Assembly (NCBI GenBank): GCA_030390025.1
Contig: CM059431.1
Location: 141,114,001-141,178,000 of the forward strand
Source of the DNA: Squalus acanthias
Taxonomy: Eukaryota
Direction: 5' to 3'
Length of the DNA: 64,000 nt
Position 1 is the first letter of the stretch. Each line of letters opens with the position of its first letter. The notes below the pieces were generated by a model, which worked only from the letters and a program-made list of their open reading frames with translations, searched no databases and was not told the origin of the DNA. The position numbers and the translations under genes were made by a program. This document shows, in pieces, positions 59,445 to 64,000 of the stretch.

Positions 59445-62400
59445 TAGAACATAAGAAATAGGAGCAGGGGTAGATCAGTTGGCCTTTCAAGCCTGCTCCG
59501 TCATTCAATGAGATCGTGGCTGGTCTTTCACCTCATCTCCACTTTCCTAAACTATCTCCATCTCCCTTAATCACCTTAATATTCAAAGATCTAACTACCT
59601 CTGTCTTGAATATACTCAGCGACTGAGCCTCCACAGCCCTCTGGGGTAGAGAATTCCAAAGATTCATCACCCTCTGAGTGAAGAAATTTCTCCTCATCTC
59701 AGTCCTAAATGGACGACCCTTTATTTTGAAACTGTGATCCCTGGTTCTAGACTCCCCAGCCAGGGTAAACATCCTCACTGCATCTAGCCTGTCAAGGCCT
59801 GTAAGAATTTTGTATGTTTCAATGAAATCTCATTCTTCGAAACTCTCGAGAATATAGGCCTAGTCCACTCAATCTGTCCTCATAGGACAATCCCCCGATC
59901 CCAGGAACCAGTCTTGTGAACCTTCCTTGCTCTCCCTCTATGGCAAATATATCCTTCGTTATGTAAGGAGACCACAACTTCACGCAATACACCAGGTGTG
60001 GGCTCAGCAGGGCCCCATATAAATGCAGGAAGACGTCTTGATTCTTATATTGAAATCCTCTTGTAAAAAAGGCCAACATACTTTCCTAATTGCTTGCTGC
60101 ACCTGCATGTTAAATTTCAGTGATTCGCGTACAAGGATACCCATCTCCATCTGAACACCAACATTTCTCAATCTCGCACCATTTAAAAAATACTCCGCTT
60201 TTCTGTTTTTCCTACCAAAGTAAATAACTTCACATTTCTCGAAATTATATTATATTTGCCTTGTTCTTGCCCACCCACTTAGTCTGTCTGTATTCCCTTG
60301 ATGCCTCTTTGCATCCTCCTCACAACGTACATTCCCACCTAGCTTTATATCATCAGTAAATTTGGATATATTACATTTGGTCCCCTCATCCAAAAAATTG
60401 ATTTAGATTGTGAATAGCTGATGCCCAAGCATTGATCCTTGCGGTACCCTTTTAGTTACAGCCTGCCAACCCGAAAATGACCCGTTTATTCCTAATCTCT
60501 GTTTTCAGTCGGTTAAACCACAACCTCTCTGATAGAGCTACTCAAACGCAACTTCGGTTAGAATCGATTTATTGCAATTATTTCAGTCGGTTAACCAATT
60601 GTAGAATATTGCTAGAATATTCCCTAATCCCATGAGCCCTCATTTTGTTGAATAACCTAATTATTGAATGCTTTCTGAAAATCCCAATACACCACATCCA
60701 CTGGTCACCCCTTATCTATTCTGCTAGTTACAGCCTAAAAAACTGTATAACAGATTTGTAAAAACGATTTCCCTTTCATAAATTCGTGTTGACTCTGCCC
60801 AATCCTATCATTACTTTCTAAGCGCCCTGTTACCACGTCCTTAACAATAGATTCTAGCATTTCCACTACTACTGATATCAGGCTTACTGGACTATAGTTC
60901 CCCGTTTTCTCTCTCCCTCCTTTCTTAACTAGTGGGATTATATTTGCTACCTTCCAATCCGTGGAACCATTCCAGAATCTACGGAATATTGGAAAATTAC
61001 AAGCAATGCACCCACTATTTCTATAGTGAGCTCTTTCAAAACCCTAGGAAGTAGGCCATCAGATCCAGGGGATTTATCGGTTTCAGTTCCATTAATTTCT
61101 CCAGTACTACTTTTTTACTAATTCTAATTTCTTTCCGCTCCTCATTCTCACTGGACCCTTAGTTGTCCACTATTTCCGGGAAGTTTTTTGCGTCTTCTTC
61201 TGTGAAGATAGACACAAAGTTTTTGTTTCATTTCTCTGCCAATTTCCTTATTCCCCATTATAATTTCTCCTGTCTCAGTCTGTAACTGAACCACATTTAC
61301 TTTCGCTAACCTTTGCCTTTTTACATATCTATAGAAGCTTTAACAGACTGTATTTATGTCTCTTGCTAGTTTACTCTCATTCTATTTTCCCTTCCTTAAT
61401 ACATTTAGAAACATAGAAACTAGGAGCAGGAGTCGGCCATTCGGCCCGTCGAGCCTGCTCCACCATTCAATACGATCATGGCTGATCATCCAAATCCAGT
61501 ACCCTGTCCCTGCTCTCTCACACAGAATCCTCATCGAGCCTGCACCGACACATATCCCACCCTATCCCTGTAACCCAACGTATTTAATTCCCCCCTAACA
61601 CTAAGGGTTAATTTATCATAGCCAAATCAACCTAACCCGCACATTTTTGGACTGTGGGAGGAAACCGGAGCACCCGGAGGAAACCCACACAGACACGGGG
61701 AGAATATGCAAACTCCACACAGACAGTCACCCGAGGCCAGATTCGAACCCGTGTCCCTGGCGCTGTGAGGCACCAGTGCTAACCACTATGCCACCGTGTC
61801 CTCCTTTGCTGAATTCGAAAATACTCCCAATCCTCAGGCTTACTACACTTTCTGGCAGCATTAAAAGCCTCTTCCTTTGACCTAATACTATCTTTAACTT
61901 CTGTTGTTAGCCAAAGTTGGATCACTTTTCCTGTGGCGATGTTGTACCTTAAAGGAATGTATATTTGTTGTAAATTATGCATTAATTCTTTAAATGCTAG
62001 CCATTGCGCGTCCACTGTCATACCTTTTAATATATTTTCCCAATCTGCCTTAGCCAACTCGCCCCTCATGCCTATGTAGTTTGCTTTGTTTAGATTTAAG
62101 ACCCTAGTTTCGGATTTAACTATGTTCTTTCAAACTCAATATAAAATTCTGTAATATTATGGTCACTCTTCACTAAGTGCCCCTTTACTACAAGGTTATT
62201 AATTAACCCTTTCACGTTGCACAATACTAGATCTAAGTTCATGTTCTCGAGTTGGTTCCTCAACATACTGGTCTAGAAAACTATCTTGCATACAGCCCCT
62301 TGCTGTTTCTGAGATCCACCCAAACTAATTCTACTTCGTGATTTTCGGAGCTAAGATCCTTTCTCGCTACTGTCTGTATCCCATCCCTTATTATCAGGGC

Positions 62401-62600
62401 TACCCCTCCTCCTTTTTCATTTTGCCTATCTCTTCTAATATTTATGTATCCTGGAATATTTAGTTCCCAACTTTGGCCACTTTGCAACCACGTCTCCGTT
62501 TTGGCTATTAGATCAAACCTGTTAATTTCTATCTGCGCTATTAATTCATCTATTTTGTTGTGAATGCTTCATGCATTCAGATATTAGTCACTGATGCCTT
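59445..62600 (-). mobile_element. CR1-type LINE, near-complete but degenerate ORF2 (endonuclease to 3' tail)
   Basis: WELNIPGY..RRDRQNEKGGGVAL (endonuclease), MRGELAKADWE, LVYCVKLWSPY, RNFFTQRVMNLWNSLP; many stops and frameshifts. Confidence 0.9.
61385..61799 (-). mobile_element. HE1-like SINE inserted in CR1
   Basis: Very similar to 26320-26748. Confidence 0.85.
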
Positions 62601-62964
62601 TTTACCTTTGTTACTCTCTCTGTCCCTTCCTGACCCACTCTGTTTATGTTTACCCAAAACTCTACTCTGTTCTAGTGCCTTGACATTTCACTGCATTTAA
62701 ATGTAATCTTTCCTGAATCCTCCCACCCCCCGCCCCCTTCATTAGTTCAATTCAATTGACATTAATGGGCAGACAACGCAAGCGGCACAGAATCATAGAA
62801 TCAGAAAGCACATAAGGAGACCATGCTGCCTATCGTGCCTCTTCCGGCTCTTTGAAATAGGTATCCCATTAGTCCAACTCCCCTGCACTTTCCCCAAAGC
62901 CCAGCAAATCCTGCCTTTTCAAGTAAATACCCAATTCACTTTTAAAGTTACTATTTGTGAAAAG

Positions 62965-63400
62965 ATGTCAGCAGTGGCTCTGTGGTAGCACTCTCGCCTC
63001 TGAATCAGATGGCTGTGGGCTAAAGTCCCGCTCCAGAGACTTGAACACAAAATCTAAGTTGACATTCCAATGCAGTACTGAGGGAATGCTGCACTGTCGG
63101 AGGTGCCGTCTTTCAGATGGGACGTTAAACCGAGGCCCCGACTGCACTGTCAGGAGGACGTAAAAGATCCCACAGCACTATTTGAAAGAAGAGCAGGGGA
63201 GGTCTCCACAGAGTCCTGGACAATATTCATCCCTCAACCAACATCCCTGATCATCATCTCATGGTTATTGGTGAGACCTGGCTGTGTACAATGGGGTCAC
63301 TCCTCCTACATGATAACAGTGTATACACTTGAAAAATACTTTGTTGGCTGGAAAGCGCTTAAGGATGTTTTGGATCTTGAATAGATCTGTAAACACGTAA
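62965..63400 (+). mobile_element. Deu-type SINE inserted in a minus-strand CR1 3' fragment (62790-63660)
   Basis: gtggctctgtggtagcactctcgcctctgaatcaga head; CR1 tail sequence resumes at about 63430. Confidence 0.8.
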
Positions 63401-64000
63401 TTTTTTTTTATTTTTGTATTTGTTTCCATGACCCTTTCAGGCAATTCATTCCGGATTATAACAGTTCGCTATGTAAACAAAATATCCTCATCTGCTCCCT
63501 GGATCATCATCCAATTGCCTGAATTACGAATCCTCTGATTACTGACCCTCCTGCCAGTGGAAACTATCTCTCCTTATTTACTCAAAACCCCTCACCATTT
63601 TGAAAATCTCTGTTAAATCTCACCTGAACATTCTCTGCTCTATGAAGAACGATCCCAGCTTCTGGCCATGTCGGCAGTTTTCAGGTCTTTCACCCGCTGT
63701 GGGCGAGGGCCCACCCGAGACCTCACATCTGGGTACCTCCAGTCTGACTTTGATCTCTTCCTGGCTCAGTTTAGAAGATGAATCGTTATTTTTTTCGCAT
63801 AATCAAAAATTTACAAGATTATTAATACATGTTTTCATATAAGCAACAATTTAGAATATTAATCTTTATTTTTTTCGTATTATCAACAATTTAAGGATCA
63901 CATTTTAAATATGTTAACAAATTCCCCTTTGAAAAGAATCCAATCTCTTTCTTGAACGATTTGATCGAATCTCCTTTCATTTCATTTCACTGATCAGTTT

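Overview
Vertebrate nuclear DNA, most likely a shark or other chondrichthyan (inferred from the CR1/L2/HE1-type/Deu-type SINE and Penelope repeat content and the GPR139/142-like gene copies). Most of the window is transposon debris and most ORF-track entries are spurious or LINE remnants. Reading splice sites directly reveals genes the ORF track misses or mis-starts. There are three two-exon GPR139/GPR142-like class A GPCR copies (A: 1-1184 minus; B: 41078-42786 plus; C: 55374-56795 plus), all disabled, B by a single stop. There is also a multi-exon MS4A (CD20-like) gene on the minus strand (about 9946-16480) and a degraded, 3'-truncated inverted paralog on the plus strand (about 27520-32299). 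These form mirror-image MS4A > minisatellite > GPCR arms around an old inversion centre near 24.6 kb. Every GPCR copy has a related minisatellite ending about 400-450 bp upstream of its ATG; for copy B it is an 8-kb 26-mer array with a 1.2-1.45 kb higher-order repeat carrying a 21-bp palindrome. Also present: two Penelope-like fragments with minimal hammerhead ribozyme motifs, a young 5'-truncated CR1 with an intact 670-aa RT ORF, and an orphan signal-peptide-like exon. No database search or alignment software was used; TE boundaries are approximate and family names come from motif recognition.
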